Positions 31,430 through 41,923 of a DNA stretch of 64,000 bases are shown one piece after another. The stretch is from NCBI GenBank assembly GCA_963794945.1, contig CAWCFT010000016.1:1-64000 (forward strand). Reading direction: 5' to 3'. The position numbers and the translations under genes were made by a program. The notes beneath the pieces are model-generated. The model made no database searches. It was not told the origin of the DNA and saw nothing but the letters and a program-made list of their open reading frames with translations. This DNA comes from Endomicrobiales bacterium (GTDB lineage: Bacteria > Elusimicrobiota > Endomicrobiia > Endomicrobiales > CAWCFT01). Within the stretch, counting starts at the first letter, position 1; the number at the start of each line of letters is the position of its first letter.

Positions 31430-32720
31430 TTACTTTTTTATTTCCTTGTTTTCAATCGTGAAGAACGTAAGCCTGAACGTGTTGCGGCCCTCGGCTGGCT
31501 CGTACACGGCATCGCCCCCGAGCGTCCTCATGATCCTTCTGCAGTTGACCAGCCCCAGGCCGTAGTGCGATGCCTTTGTAGTAAATAACGGTTCGAACAG
31601 CATATCCAGGTGCTCGGGCTTGATCACTTTGCCGTTATCCGTTATTACTGCCTGCGCGCTGTTCTTTGAGAACGCCAGGTTTACGTCTATTGTCCCCTCG
31701 ATAGGCAGGGATTCGACAGCATTCTGTATCACTACGGAGAAAGCTTTTAGCAATAAGCCCTGGTCGCATATGAAATCGCCCGGCATCTTTTCCGCCGGCC
31801 AGGTTATCTTTATCTTTTTTTCGGACGCCTGCGGTACATGCTTCTTTTTGAGGTCTTCAATTAGCTTGTTCCAATTGACTCTGGCGGGATTGACCTCCGG
31901 GTTAGTGAAGGTCTCCATGTACCTCTTAAGGATGTTCGCCCCCTCGTCAACTTTATCATTGAGGAGGTTATAGCTTGGAAGCAGGGGGGCGAAAAGATTA
32001 ACGGGCTTCTTTTTTTCTGCGAAGAAAGATTTTTTTTTCTTTTTATCATCCTGCTGAGCGGCCTTAAGCTTTTCCATCTCTTCTTTAAATATTACAGAAC
32101 CCTTCTTCTATGTCCCTGCAAATATTATTGAGCCTTACCACTGCCCTCTTTACCGCATCTTCACTTTCCTTTTCAATTTCTATAGCAACGTTTGAAATCT
32201 TGCGGTCAAGCTCCGATTTTTTTAGTTCGGCCTCGCTCTGGACTATTTTTACCTTGTCGTCATAACCCTTAAGGACAGCGTTGAGCTCTTCAATTTTCTT
32301 GTCAAAAGCCTGCTGGTCGTTTCCCCTCGCCTTGAAACTTATGGCGAGTTCGTTCTTAAGCCTTTCAAATTCCTGGGTCAGCATTCCATTTTTCTCTTCC
32401 ACTTCTTTTTTATTCTTTCTGAGGTCAAGGACTTCCTGGCGCAGGAACCTTATCTCCGAGGCCTGGGCAGTAAGCTTTGCGCGCACTTCTGTATCATTTA
32501 AACCTATCAGGCTTTGCAGCAGAACATTTTCGTCTTTGACAGCGAAGACCGCCTTGTCGCAAGCATCAAGCGACCTGAGAAGTTCTTCCTGGTACCCGTC
32601 AAGCATGGCCAAAAACAGCTTTAGCCCAAACTCGCCCAGGGAAGCCGAAGCCTTGTGCACAAGCATTTTCTTTAGCTCTTCGAACTTGATAGCGAGTTCG
32701 CTCATTTTTATATCAGCCAT
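31430..32720 (-). CDS. Coiled-coil protein with a C-terminal histidine-kinase-like ATPase (HATPase_c) domain; frameshift near 32100
   Basis: Joins 32085..32720 (coiled coil) and 31430..32077 (IQNAVES, ITDNG, LFEPLFTTK, GLGL). Confidence 0.7.
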
Positions 32721-32748
32721 AGTTAATACCTTTCCGCCATATAGAATA

Positions 32749-34817
32749 TCATATCTTTCCGATAATGGCATTCGCCACCGAAACAATAAGAGAGTTAATG
32801 CGTTTGAACTGTTCTATAAGGTCCAGATGGACGCTAGACGTTTCAAGCGACTCCTGCAGGCCTGCGTTGATCCGTCCTATATGCCTCTTGCGCAGCTCTG
32901 CTTCATAATCGTTTATATCTGACTTTGTAGATGCCACAGATTTTGCAAGCTCCTGGTTGTTATTATCCAGAGCGGCCGTTACCCGCCTGAGGTTCTCTGC
33001 CACCCTGGAATGCATGTCAACTATATCCTTCCAGCCGTCGTCCGAGAACCACAGTTTATTCTCAAGTTTTTTACGCGCCAGCGGCATAATATTCTTGTCT
33101 ATGATGTCTCCGACCAACTCTATGTCGGCCGCGATATAAAGAAGCTTTATTTCCTGGGAGGACTGCTCCTCGTTCAAAGCGGAATTCTGCGCGAGCTTTG
33201 TAAGGTACGGCACGACTGCGTTCCGCAGGACGTCCGCGCGGAAATCCTTCAGTGACACGGTCTCTGAAAGTTTGAGGTCCTGCGATTCAAATACCCTGAG
33301 GGTGTCGTCCATCATCTCCTGAACTATCCGGCCTTCCCTTACTATTTCCTTGCGCGCCTGGTCGAGCGCCAGCGAAGGCGTGTTAATAAGGCCTTCATCT
33401 ATGAACATGGGCCCGAAAGGCTTTTCCTCTTCAATTTGGGGGTAAACCGCACACAGCAGACTTCTTCATATAGGGAAGGAGCGGAAAAAATATCATTACG
33501 TTTAACGCAAACGCCAGTGTGTGAGCCATCGCTATCTGACGGGCGGGGTCATCGGTTCGGATAAAGTGAAGTGTGAACCACTTTATAAAATATATCCATG
33601 ACGCTTCGCCATGATAACGGACGATAGTTAAGAACGGGAAAATAAGCAGTACCCCGGCCGACTGGTGAAAGACGTGCCACAGCGCGACCCTCTTTCCTTC
33701 CCTGCCACGGCCTATGGAACCGAGCGCCGCAGTAACGCAGGTGCCTATCTGCGCGCCGAGATTTAGGGGTATGGCCTGTGATATACTGACCCCTCCAGCC
33801 AGCGCGAGGGCGATGACTATGCCGGAGGTGGCGCCGCTGGAATGCACAAGCATCGTAAACACCATGCCGGCAAGAATGCCGAGAATGGGGTTTTCCGCGC
33901 TTTTCATAAGCTCAAGGAACGGGCCGTAATTGCGTAGCGGCGCGAGCAGGTCAGTCATTATCTGCATCCCAAGGAACAACAGGCCGAAGCCGAGCAGAAT
34001 GTTCCCTATATTTTTTATCTTGTTGCTTTTACCGAAAAATGAAACATAAAAACCGGCGCCGGCAATGACAACTGAATACTCGCTTAAACGGAAAGCTACC
34101 AGCTGGGCCGTTACCGTTGAACCGAGCTCCGCCCCCATTGTAACCGCCATTGTTCTGGTAAAATGTCAGAAGCCCGGCGCTTACAAGGCTTACTTCAAGA
34201 AGTGTCGTTGCCGAGCTTGACTGGTTGAAAAGCGTGACAAAGAGGCCGGTTGTCATCCCCCTGATAGGCGAACCTGTAAGCTTTACAAGCAGGTCGCGCA
34301 GCCTGTGGCCCGTCATTTTCCCTATGGTATCGTTAAGGAAGAACATCCCGAAAAGGAATATGCCGAGCCCGCCGGTTATTTCAAATAACAAGACAACGCC
34401 CCAGTTCTTGGCCTTTGAACCGGCCGTAAAAACAGCCGGCGCGCCCATGGATTTAGGCGTGGACGCCGAAACGATCACATCTCCGGTATAGGGGTATCCG
34501 AGGTTAAGCCTCGTACGTGCGAAACCCGCTGTGTCAGTGATTGATATCGGGCTCGAGAGGGACGGCAGAATTTTCGGCGGTTTTGAACTATTTTTACCGC
34601 ACTGTGAAACTATAGTAAATCCTACCGGTATGCCCGTTAAAGGTTTGTCTCCCTCATCGTTTACCACCCTGACCACAAAATCTTCCCCAAGTGGATAGCC
34701 TTCGATGCCGGACTGGTTATCTCCGGAAACCTTGATGAGCTGTTCAGCAGCGCAAACTATGCCGCTCGAAATGAGCGAAGCCATGGCCACCGCGATAATT
34801 AATTTCCGTGCTTTCAA
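32749..34817 (-). CDS. Na+/Pi cotransporter family protein (NptA/YjbB-like) with N-terminal Ig-like domain and C-terminal PhoU-like domains; two frameshifts
   Basis: GGLGIFLFGM, QSSSAT, MGAELGSTVTAQL, HSSGAT, GAQIGTCVTA, ETSSVHLDLI. Confidence 0.88.
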
Positions 34818-35221
34818 CGCAGGTCCTTTCTGCCGAATGCTGCCGGCAGAAGTTTTGATATCTTGACAGTTCTCTTCCTGCTTTTACCCGACAATATAAC
34901 ATCAGCGTTCTTTCCAAACTCGTATATCACCTGCCTGCACGCGCCGCAGGGCGCAATAGCCGCTGCACCAGGCCCGGCGACCGCGACCGCTTTTACTTCT
35001 CTCTGCCCGTCAGCGGCGGCCTTAAAAACTGCAACCCTCTCGGCACAGCAGGATAAACCGTATGAAGCGTTCTCAACGTTCGTTCCGGTATAGATTTTGT
35101 TGTCTCCGACCAGCACGGCTGCCCCTACTTTGAACTTTGAATATGGGCAATAAGCATTCAAACGGGCCTTTTTTGCCGCTTCGATAAGTTCAATGTATTG
35201 TTTTTTCAATTCAGCCTCCAT
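34814..35221 (-). CDS. cdd: Cytidine deaminase (homotetrameric type)
   Basis: AYCPYSKFKVGAA, NVENASYGLSCCAER, PCGACRQ. Confidence 0.95.
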   Translation of the reverse strand: MEAELKKQYIELIEAAKKARLNAYCPYSKFKVGAAVLVGDNKIYTGTNVENASYGLSCCAERVAVFKAAADGQREVKAVAVAGPGAAAIAPCGACRQVIYEFGKNADVILSGKSRKRTVKISKLLPAAFGRKDLR

Positions 35222-35260
35222 AAAGCATATTTCGAATACCCTAAAGGGTGCTTTCAATTT

Positions 35261-35399
35261 GAGAGCTTTAGAAAAGCCATCAACTGTCTTGATTACGATG
35301 ATTATTAACTGCTATTACAGCGATTAAAGGCTTTAAATCACCGTAATCTTAGTTTTTTAATCGCTGTAATCAGAGATTGTTGAGGTTTTTCAACAATTT
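35261..35399 (-). mobile_element. ~140-bp MITE-like intergenic repeat, copy 2 (inverted relative to copy 1)
   Basis: The reverse complement reads ATTGTTGAAAAACCTCAACAATCTCTGATTACAGCGATT...AATCATCGTAATCAAGACAGTTGATGGC, matching 31288..31426. Confidence 0.7.
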
Positions 35400-35456
35400 T
35401 AATTTATACTTTATCATTAAATATATTTAATCTTGAAATGCAAATAAACTACAATG

Positions 35457-37593
35457 CTAAATATTCAGATCTATACTTGAAATGTATTTTATTTCGGGCA
35501 GCTCAAGCGATACTTTTGTGCCCTTCATGTACTCAGACTCTACCCTCACTTTACCCTTATGGTTCTCTTCTATCATACGTTTGACAACGTACATTCCAAC
35601 GCCGGAACCGTTCTTGAACGATGATTTTGTGGTGAAGAACGGAGCAAATATTTTGTTTAAGTTCTCTGCTTTTATACCTACGCCGTTATCGGACACTTCA
35701 ATTATGCTTGACCTGTCTCTTTTGATCACGCTAAGGAGTATCTCTGGCTTGAAATCTTCGCCATCTTTGAGATTGTAATCAGTCTTTTCTTTTATGGCTT
35801 CGTACGCGTTATCGAGGATATTGTAAAGGCACTCCATCACCTGAGATTTCATCCCGTAGACCGGCCGTGTCCCCGAGTGCAACCGCAAGCGGGAACACAG
35901 GTATCTGATGTTTGACGCACAGAAGGTCGAGTGTCGGGCTGATCACTTCCTTGATCTGGAACTCGGAAAACGACGCCCCGGATTCTTCCACACGCGCAAA
36001 GCTCAGGACGCCCTGTATGACGTTGGAAGTTTTCTTTACATTCTCAAGCATTGAATTGGATATTTCTTCGAGGTATTCGAAAGTCTTTTTGAGGTCCGGC
36101 GACTTGTTGACAAGCTGCTCGTTATTTTTCATGAACTCCCTTATCTCGTACTGCTGTTCACCGGCCGCGATCGAGAACTGGTTAAGCCGGTTCTTGATCT
36201 GGTGGGCCACGCCGTCCGCCATGCCGCCAAGGGATGATAGCTTGTCCGCGTTGAATATCTTCTCCTGCGCTTTCTCGAATTCTTTGAGGTACATACAGTT
36301 CTCTATCGCGACCGCCGCCTGGCCGGAGAGGGTCAAAAAGATATTTATATCTTCTTCGGAATAGTTTGTCTTATCGAGTTTGTCTCCGAGAAGCAGGAAA
36401 CACACGAGCCTCTCATCAATAAAGCTCGGTACTATCAGCCTTATGCCCAAGTCTATTTCCTTAAAACCATCGAGTGACGAAGGGAGTTCGTCTATCGTTA
36501 CCGGGCGCTTGTGCTCTTTTAAGAATATGACCAGCGGATGAGTGTAAGAAAAATAAAATTTCGGGTGGAGCCTGCCGGGGTCTTTTACCGCTTTTAGCAC
36601 AAAAGCCTTGTCTTCTGCGCTGTTGACGAATATCGCCGCGAACTCGATGTGCACAGCCCTTTTTACAGCGTAGACTATAAATTTGACCAGTTTGCCCAGG
36701 TCATGTTCCTTGGTCATGCTCTGGGATATATCTAGCAGGATCCTCTGGTAGCGTTTTTGCTGGAAGAGAAGTATATCTTTGACCTTTCTGCCGATCAAGT
36801 TATAGACGAATGGCCCTATGCTCGCGAGTACCCCCATCATCACTACAGCCAGGTTCCACCTTAAAGTGGAATTGCCGAACCAGAATGGGACACCGAGTAT
36901 AACCGCGTACAATACGGTGAATATTCCGGCTCTTGTTACAGTCATGCCTATTTCAGCGATGCTGTATTTCGCGAAAGCGAATCCCATAGCTATTCCTACA
37001 GTGACAAGAATGTTGCCGAATGAGGCTGTTTTTATGCCGTACCAGTAAAAATAATTAGAGCATACGCCGGCTAGCAATCCTATTAAAGAAACAAACAGAT
37101 ATTCGATCTCTTTCGTGCCAAGCCCGATAATACCGCTATAGTGTTCTTCAAAGAGCTTAAGACCCGGGATCGATGCCGCCACAAAGTAAAGGACGAACAA
37201 TACGAACAAAACCCCCGGCAGAGGTCCGTTCGCTTGTGTTCCTTTTATAAAAAACGGTGTCATATCTATTGCCGCAGCGAGAGCTGCGCAGGTAGTCAAT
37301 ATCTTGAAAGCTGAAGTGCGGCTTTTTCTATTTCCGGCTACGCTTACTGCGAAACCGTATAAAGCCGGTGGGATAGCGATCACTCCCAGTAAAGATATCC
37401 GCCACAACCAAACATTATACCAGCCGCCAAAAAGCCATTGAAAGGCCGCGCAAGCCGACCAGAAGGCTACGCATATCGACAAATAGGCGAACCCTTTGTC
37501 AATCTTTGACAGCGGCCTGTTCGCGAGACATAGCGCCGCGATCACGCAGGCCGTGAAACAATTAATAGCTATGCTTAGCTGGTAGAACTGCAT
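35457..37593 (-). CDS. Sensor histidine kinase with N-terminal multi-TM (HisKA_7TM-like) region and GAF domain; frameshift near 35865
   Basis: Many TM helices, GAF ending AAVAIEN, H-box AHQIKNRL; ORF 35457..35888 supplies NILDNA, DNGVGI, FFTTK, GSGVG. Confidence 0.88.
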
Positions 37594-37653
37594 TCTTTTT
37601 CCCTGTTGATTACAATTTTGAAGACATTGTATTTAATTTTCTAATTTGAATTA

Positions 37654-37776
37654 ATTGAAAAACCCCTCAATCCTGTCATTCCGAACCCCGTTTCATGTGG
37701 TGAGGAATCTTTATTTCGACGGAAGTAAGATTTCTCCGTTCGGTCGAAATGACAGCAAAATAGGTTTTTCAGCAAT
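37654..37776. repeat. Nested palindromic element (CTGTCATTCCGA...TCGAAATGACAG inside ATTGAAAAACC...GGTTTTTCAGCAAT)
   Basis: Inner inverted repeat 37673..37755 with GAGGAATCT/AGATTTCTC stem; outer termini resemble those of the 31288 and 35261 elements. Confidence 0.7.
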
Positions 37777-37803
37777 CTCAATTTTCAATTTTTATTTGAT
37801 TAG

Positions 37804-38712
37804 TTATAGTACATCAAAATGGGTCAATGTCTTGAAAGACCTGAAACGGCTGACTATTTCAGGCTTTGTTAGCCTTACAAGCCTGTTTAGACTGAAATCT
37901 TCAACGTTGAACGATGCCATGACGCTTCCCATGATTATAGCGCGCCTTATATCGGCTTCGGCAACCGAGCCTGACTTCGCGAGATAACCCATGAAACCGC
38001 CGGCGAACGTGTCTCCGGCTCCGGTTGGGTCGAATATTTTTTCAAGCGGGTAAGCGGGCGCTCCGAAAGTCTGCCCTTTGCCGAACAAGAGCACGCCGTA
38101 TTCTCCTCTTTTAACTACCAGCGATTTTGGGCCCCAGGACATTATGCACCTTGCGGCCTTTACAAGATTTGTCTCGTCGGCTAGCTGGCGTACCTCAGCT
38201 TCATTTATGACAAGTATATCAACATGCTTAAGGGTTTTTTTGAGGGCTGCCTTTTTGGAACTGATCCAGAAATTCATCGTATCACAGGCTACAAGCTTTG
38301 GCCGTTTGACCTGTTTTAACACATCCAGCTGGAGCTCCGGGTCGATGTTCGCCAGGAACACATACTCAGAATCAGCGTATATTTTTGGTATCTCCGGTTT
38401 GAACTGCGCGAAAACGTTAAGCTGAGTGTCCAGTGTTTTAGCGTTATTTAGATCAAAACCATACTCGCCTTTCCACTTGAAGGTCTTGCCCTGGACTTTT
38501 TTCAACCCTTCAATGTCTATCTTTTTTTTCTCCAGGAGTTTAATGTGCTTCTGTGGAAAATCACTTCCCACCACAGCGACAAGCCTTACTTTAGTAAAAA
38601 AGGAAGCTGATACGGAAAAATATGTCCCGGACCCACCCAGGGCGTTTGGAACATTACCAAAAGGCGTTTTGACCGAGTCCAGCGCAACAGAACCGACAAC
38701 AAGTATGCTCAT
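37804..38712 (-). CDS. PfkB family sugar/nucleoside kinase
   Basis: VVGSVALD, LGGSG, DPTGAGDTFAGG. Confidence 0.92.
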   Translation of the reverse strand: MSILVVGSVALDSVKTPFGNVPNALGGSGTYFSVSASFFTKVRLVAVVGSDFPQKHIKLLEKKKIDIEGLKKVQGKTFKWKGEYGFDLNNAKTLDTQLNVFAQFKPEIPKIYADSEYVFLANIDPELQLDVLKQVKRPKLVACDTMNFWISSKKAALKKTLKHVDILVINEAEVRQLADETNLVKAARCIMSWGPKSLVVKRGEYGVLLFGKGQTFGAPAYPLEKIFDPTGAGDTFAGGFMGYLAKSGSVAEADIRRAIIMGSVMASFNVEDFSLNRLVRLTKPEIVSRFRSFKTLTHFDVL

Positions 38713-38730
38713 TTTGACTCCTTAAAATCA

Positions 38731-38820
38731 GGGATAAGGGGTAAGTGCTAAGTTGTAAGTGCAAAATCACTACAAGCGATTTTGACTTTACTTACCCCTT
38801 ACCGCTTATCCCTTACCACT
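38731..38820. repeat. Intergenic 7-mer repeat hairpin
   Basis: GGGATAAG GGGTAAG TGCTAAG TTGTAAG pairs with CTTACCC CTTACCG CTTATCC CTTACCA. Confidence 0.6.
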
Positions 38821-39698
38821 TAGAAATATTTTCCAACAATTGGCTTGAGCTTTTCGAGCGTCTTCTGGTTAATACTTTCTTTTGCCGTCATTACGGCATA
38901 TTTCAGCGACTGCCTGCAGGGGCAGTCAGCGCCAAGCTTTGCCAGATGGGGCAAGGCGTACTTAATGAGCTTTTTACTGTTGGCGACATTAGCCTTGATG
39001 TTCCCAACCACCTGATCAACACTCACCTCTTCGCCTTCTTTCCATACATCATAATCGGTCACAAGCCCTACCGTGACATAACATATCTCAGCTTCACGGG
39101 CAAGCTTTGCTTCCGGCAGAGCTGTCATTCCGATTATACTGAATCCGTGTTTCCTGTTGGCCTCGGATTCCGCTTTCGTTGAGAATGCCGGGCCTTCCAT
39201 GCAAACGTACGTGCCGCCGAAATGGTGCGAAATCCCGAGTTCTTTGACCCCCTGATGAATCACGCCGCGCATCGCTTCGCAAAAAGGCGAGGCGAATCCC
39301 ACGTGGGCCACTATACCCTCTCCAAAAAATGTGGAAGGCCTGGATTTTGTGCGGTCAAATATCTGGTCAGGTATCAAAAATTCTTTTGGTTTTACATCTT
39401 CCCTGAGCGACCCGCAGGCCGAAACTGAGATTATCTGTTCAACCCCGAGGGTTTTCAACGCGTATATATTTGCCCGTGAATTTACTTCTGTGGGAAGGAT
39501 CTTGTGCCCTCTAGCATGCCTTGGCAGGAAAGCGCATCTTATCCCGCTGAGATTTCCTACTACTATTGAATCCGAGGGGTCTCCGAAAGGCGTCTTGATA
39601 TCAACTTCCTCCAGCCCTTCTATCCCTTCTATTTCATAGACCCCGCTGCCGCCTATAACAGCGATTCTCACCGGTTCGATCTCTTTTCCATTTGGCAT
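38820..39698 (-). CDS. mtnP: S-methyl-5'-thioadenosine phosphorylase
   Basis: IGGSGVY, TPFGDPSD, FLPRH, EGPAFSTKAES, GMTALPEAKLAREAEICY, VTDYD. Confidence 0.93.
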   Translation of the reverse strand: MPNGKEIEPVRIAVIGGSGVYEIEGIEGLEEVDIKTPFGDPSDSIVVGNLSGIRCAFLPRHARGHKILPTEVNSRANIYALKTLGVEQIISVSACGSLREDVKPKEFLIPDQIFDRTKSRPSTFFGEGIVAHVGFASPFCEAMRGVIHQGVKELGISHHFGGTYVCMEGPAFSTKAESEANRKHGFSIIGMTALPEAKLAREAEICYVTVGLVTDYDVWKEGEEVSVDQVVGNIKANVANSKKLIKYALPHLAKLGADCPCRQSLKYAVMTAKESINQKTLEKLKPIVGKYF

Positions 39699-39711
39699 GC
39701 TTCCTCCTTTT

Positions 39712-41874
39712 TTAGCTGATGCTTTCACTCGATTTCAAGTCGACTATCAAAAGCTGCACGCTGGACCTATCCTGCCAGGTGTTTACTTCAAGCTGTACCG
39801 CAAGGTCAACAAACCCATCAGGCGCGATATCCTCTTCCATGGCGCCCATTCCCCAGCCCACGGCTCCAAGCGCGGCGTCGCCGTTTCTGGATATCTTAAG
39901 CTTCAAGTGGTCATTATTCGCGCCCATGCGCGTGAGTTCGCGTATCTTCATATTCTTAAGCGCGAAAAGCGGGTGGGGGTTACCCATCCCAAACGGTTCT
40001 AGGCGCGAGAGATCGTTTATCAGCTCCAAGGTAACCTCCGCCGGTTCAAGCTCGGCGTCGATGTCCACAGTTGGTACGAGGGCCTCTGGCGATATCTCGG
40101 TATCGGCTATCTTTTTGAGACGAGCCCTGAACTCGTCGATCTTGTCCACGGGCACCGTAAGGCCAGCCGCCTGGCTGTGGCCGCCGAATTTGACCAGTAT
40201 ATCTGAAACTTTCGATATGGCCGAGAGTATGTCGAAACCTTCGAACGAGCGCGCGGCCCCCATGGCCTCATTGCCTTCTATTATGAGAAGGATCGTAGGC
40301 CTGCGGTACTGCCTCATTATTTGAGAAGCTATTATACCGGTCACGCCGTGTTCGATACCGCTTGCCGTGACTATGAATATTTTGTCTTTATCCAGGTCGC
40401 ACTGGCTCTTTAGCACCGGGATGAATTTTTCAAGATTTTCTGCCTGGAGCTCCTTTCGTTCTGTGTTGAGCTGGAGTATTTCGGTTATCAGTTTTTCGGC
40501 CAGCCTCGGGTCGTCTGTCAGTAGGAGCTCACAGGAAAGGCCAGCTTTCCCTCGTTTGCCCGCGGCGTTCAAGACCGGCGTTATGCCCCATGAGACGGAC
40601 TTGGCCGACAGCGCTCCGGGCTTGCCGTTCCTCGCGCACTTTTCTATCAGCATCTTCAGGCCTACTTTCTGGGTGTGCGCGAGCTGTTTTAGCCCGCGTT
40701 TTACGAAAACCCTGTTCTCTTTGACTAGAGGCATTATGTCGGCGATCGTGCCAAGAGCTACGGCATCTAGGTTCGTCTCGCGGAAAAATATCATTCTCAG
40801 GTCGCTTAGCGCCTCTAGGTATTGGAAGTTCCTGGTTAGCGAAAAAGCTTTTTCTTCCGGCGTCCAGCCAGAGTCAATCTTTTCCGGGTTGTAGTTTTCT
40901 CCCGGGCCGCGCGCGAACAGCCTGCTTGAGTATTCTTCTAGATCAATCAATTTACCGGATATTTCTTCAATATTGTGACCGATCAAAATAGCATTCAGCT
41001 CATTTATCATGTTCTCTATGTTTTGCGAGATTGTGACCGAATCTTTGCAGAAAGCGCTAAACCGGCTAAGATTATCTTTTTCTATATTCGTGATATTTCC
41101 GCTTTGTCCCGGGTTAAATTCAAGCTTCTGTTTGCCGGCAGTTATGCCGTTCCTGGTCTTTACCGCGCAGAGGCTGTAACCGCCGTCTTTGCCGCCACTC
41201 ACTCCTAGAGCCACAAGATTTTTGTTAAAATATTTTCCGAAAGATTGCATGAGAGCTTCACAGACCTTAAAGGAGACAGCGCAGCCAGCCATATCGATGA
41301 ACGGGTATGTCGAGTCAACCCGTTTTGGGTCAACTACAGCGACAGCCTCGGGTATGCCGGTCACGGCAGGCTCGTGATGGTCCGTTACAACCACATCTAT
41401 ACCCAGCCCTTTCGCGAATTTCACGTTATCCGCAGCCGATATACCGCAGTCAACGGTTATAATAAGCGTCACACCCTGTTTAGCGTAGCGGTCTATCACT
41501 TCGTCATGAACACCGTAACCTTCGTCCGAAGGAATGTACCAGGAAGGTTCCGACCCTATGGACTTAAGGGTTCTTACCATTATGCATATGGACGTTATAC
41601 CGTCAACGTCCCTGTCGCCATAAACCAGGATCTTTTCTTTTTTATCTACCGCGCGGCGTATCCTTTCAACCGCAGCGCCCATGTCAGGCATAAGGAATGG
41701 GTTATACAGCAGACCTTTCTCAGGGTCCAGGAATAGTTCCGCTTCCTTAAGATTGGCCACACCGCGGCTTACAAGCACTTTTGCCGCTGGAGGTGATATC
41801 TTGAGCCCCTGGGCTATCTCCCGAATCATATTTTCGTCGTATAGTCTAAGGTTCCATTTTTTAGGAGGTATCAT
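39712..41874 (-). CDS. recJ: ssDNA-specific exonuclease RecJ with a ~150-aa internal insertion
   Basis: YGDRDVDG, ITVDCG, TDHH, ALGTIAD, FGGHSQAAG, LEPFGMGNP. Confidence 0.93.
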   Translation of the reverse strand: MIPPKKWNLRLYDENMIREIAQGLKISPPAAKVLVSRGVANLKEAELFLDPEKGLLYNPFLMPDMGAAVERIRRAVDKKEKILVYGDRDVDGITSICIMVRTLKSIGSEPSWYIPSDEGYGVHDEVIDRYAKQGVTLIITVDCGISAADNVKFAKGLGIDVVVTDHHEPAVTGIPEAVAVVDPKRVDSTYPFIDMAGCAVSFKVCEALMQSFGKYFNKNLVALGVSGGKDGGYSLCAVKTRNGITAGKQKLEFNPGQSGNITNIEKDNLSRFSAFCKDSVTISQNIENMINELNAILIGHNIEEISGKLIDLEEYSSRLFARGPGENYNPEKIDSGWTPEEKAFSLTRNFQYLEALSDLRMIFFRETNLDAVALGTIADIMPLVKENRVFVKRGLKQLAHTQKVGLKMLIEKCARNGKPGALSAKSVSWGITPVLNAAGKRGKAGLSCELLLTDDPRLAEKLITEILQLNTERKELQAENLEKFIPVLKSQCDLDKDKIFIVTASGIEHGVTGIIASQIMRQYRRPTILLIIEGNEAMGAARSFEGFDILSAISKVSDILVKFGGHSQAAGLTVPVDKIDEFRARLKKIADTEISPEALVPTVDIDAELEPAEVTLELINDLSRLEPFGMGNPHPLFALKNMKIRELTRMGANNDHLKLKISRNGDAALGAVGWGMGAMEEDIAPDGFVDLAVQLEVNTWQDRSSVQLLIVDLKSSESIS

Positions 41875-41923
41875 ATTTGCTCACTTCATTCGCTATTTCA
41901 AATCTCAAATTTCTTTAACTTAA

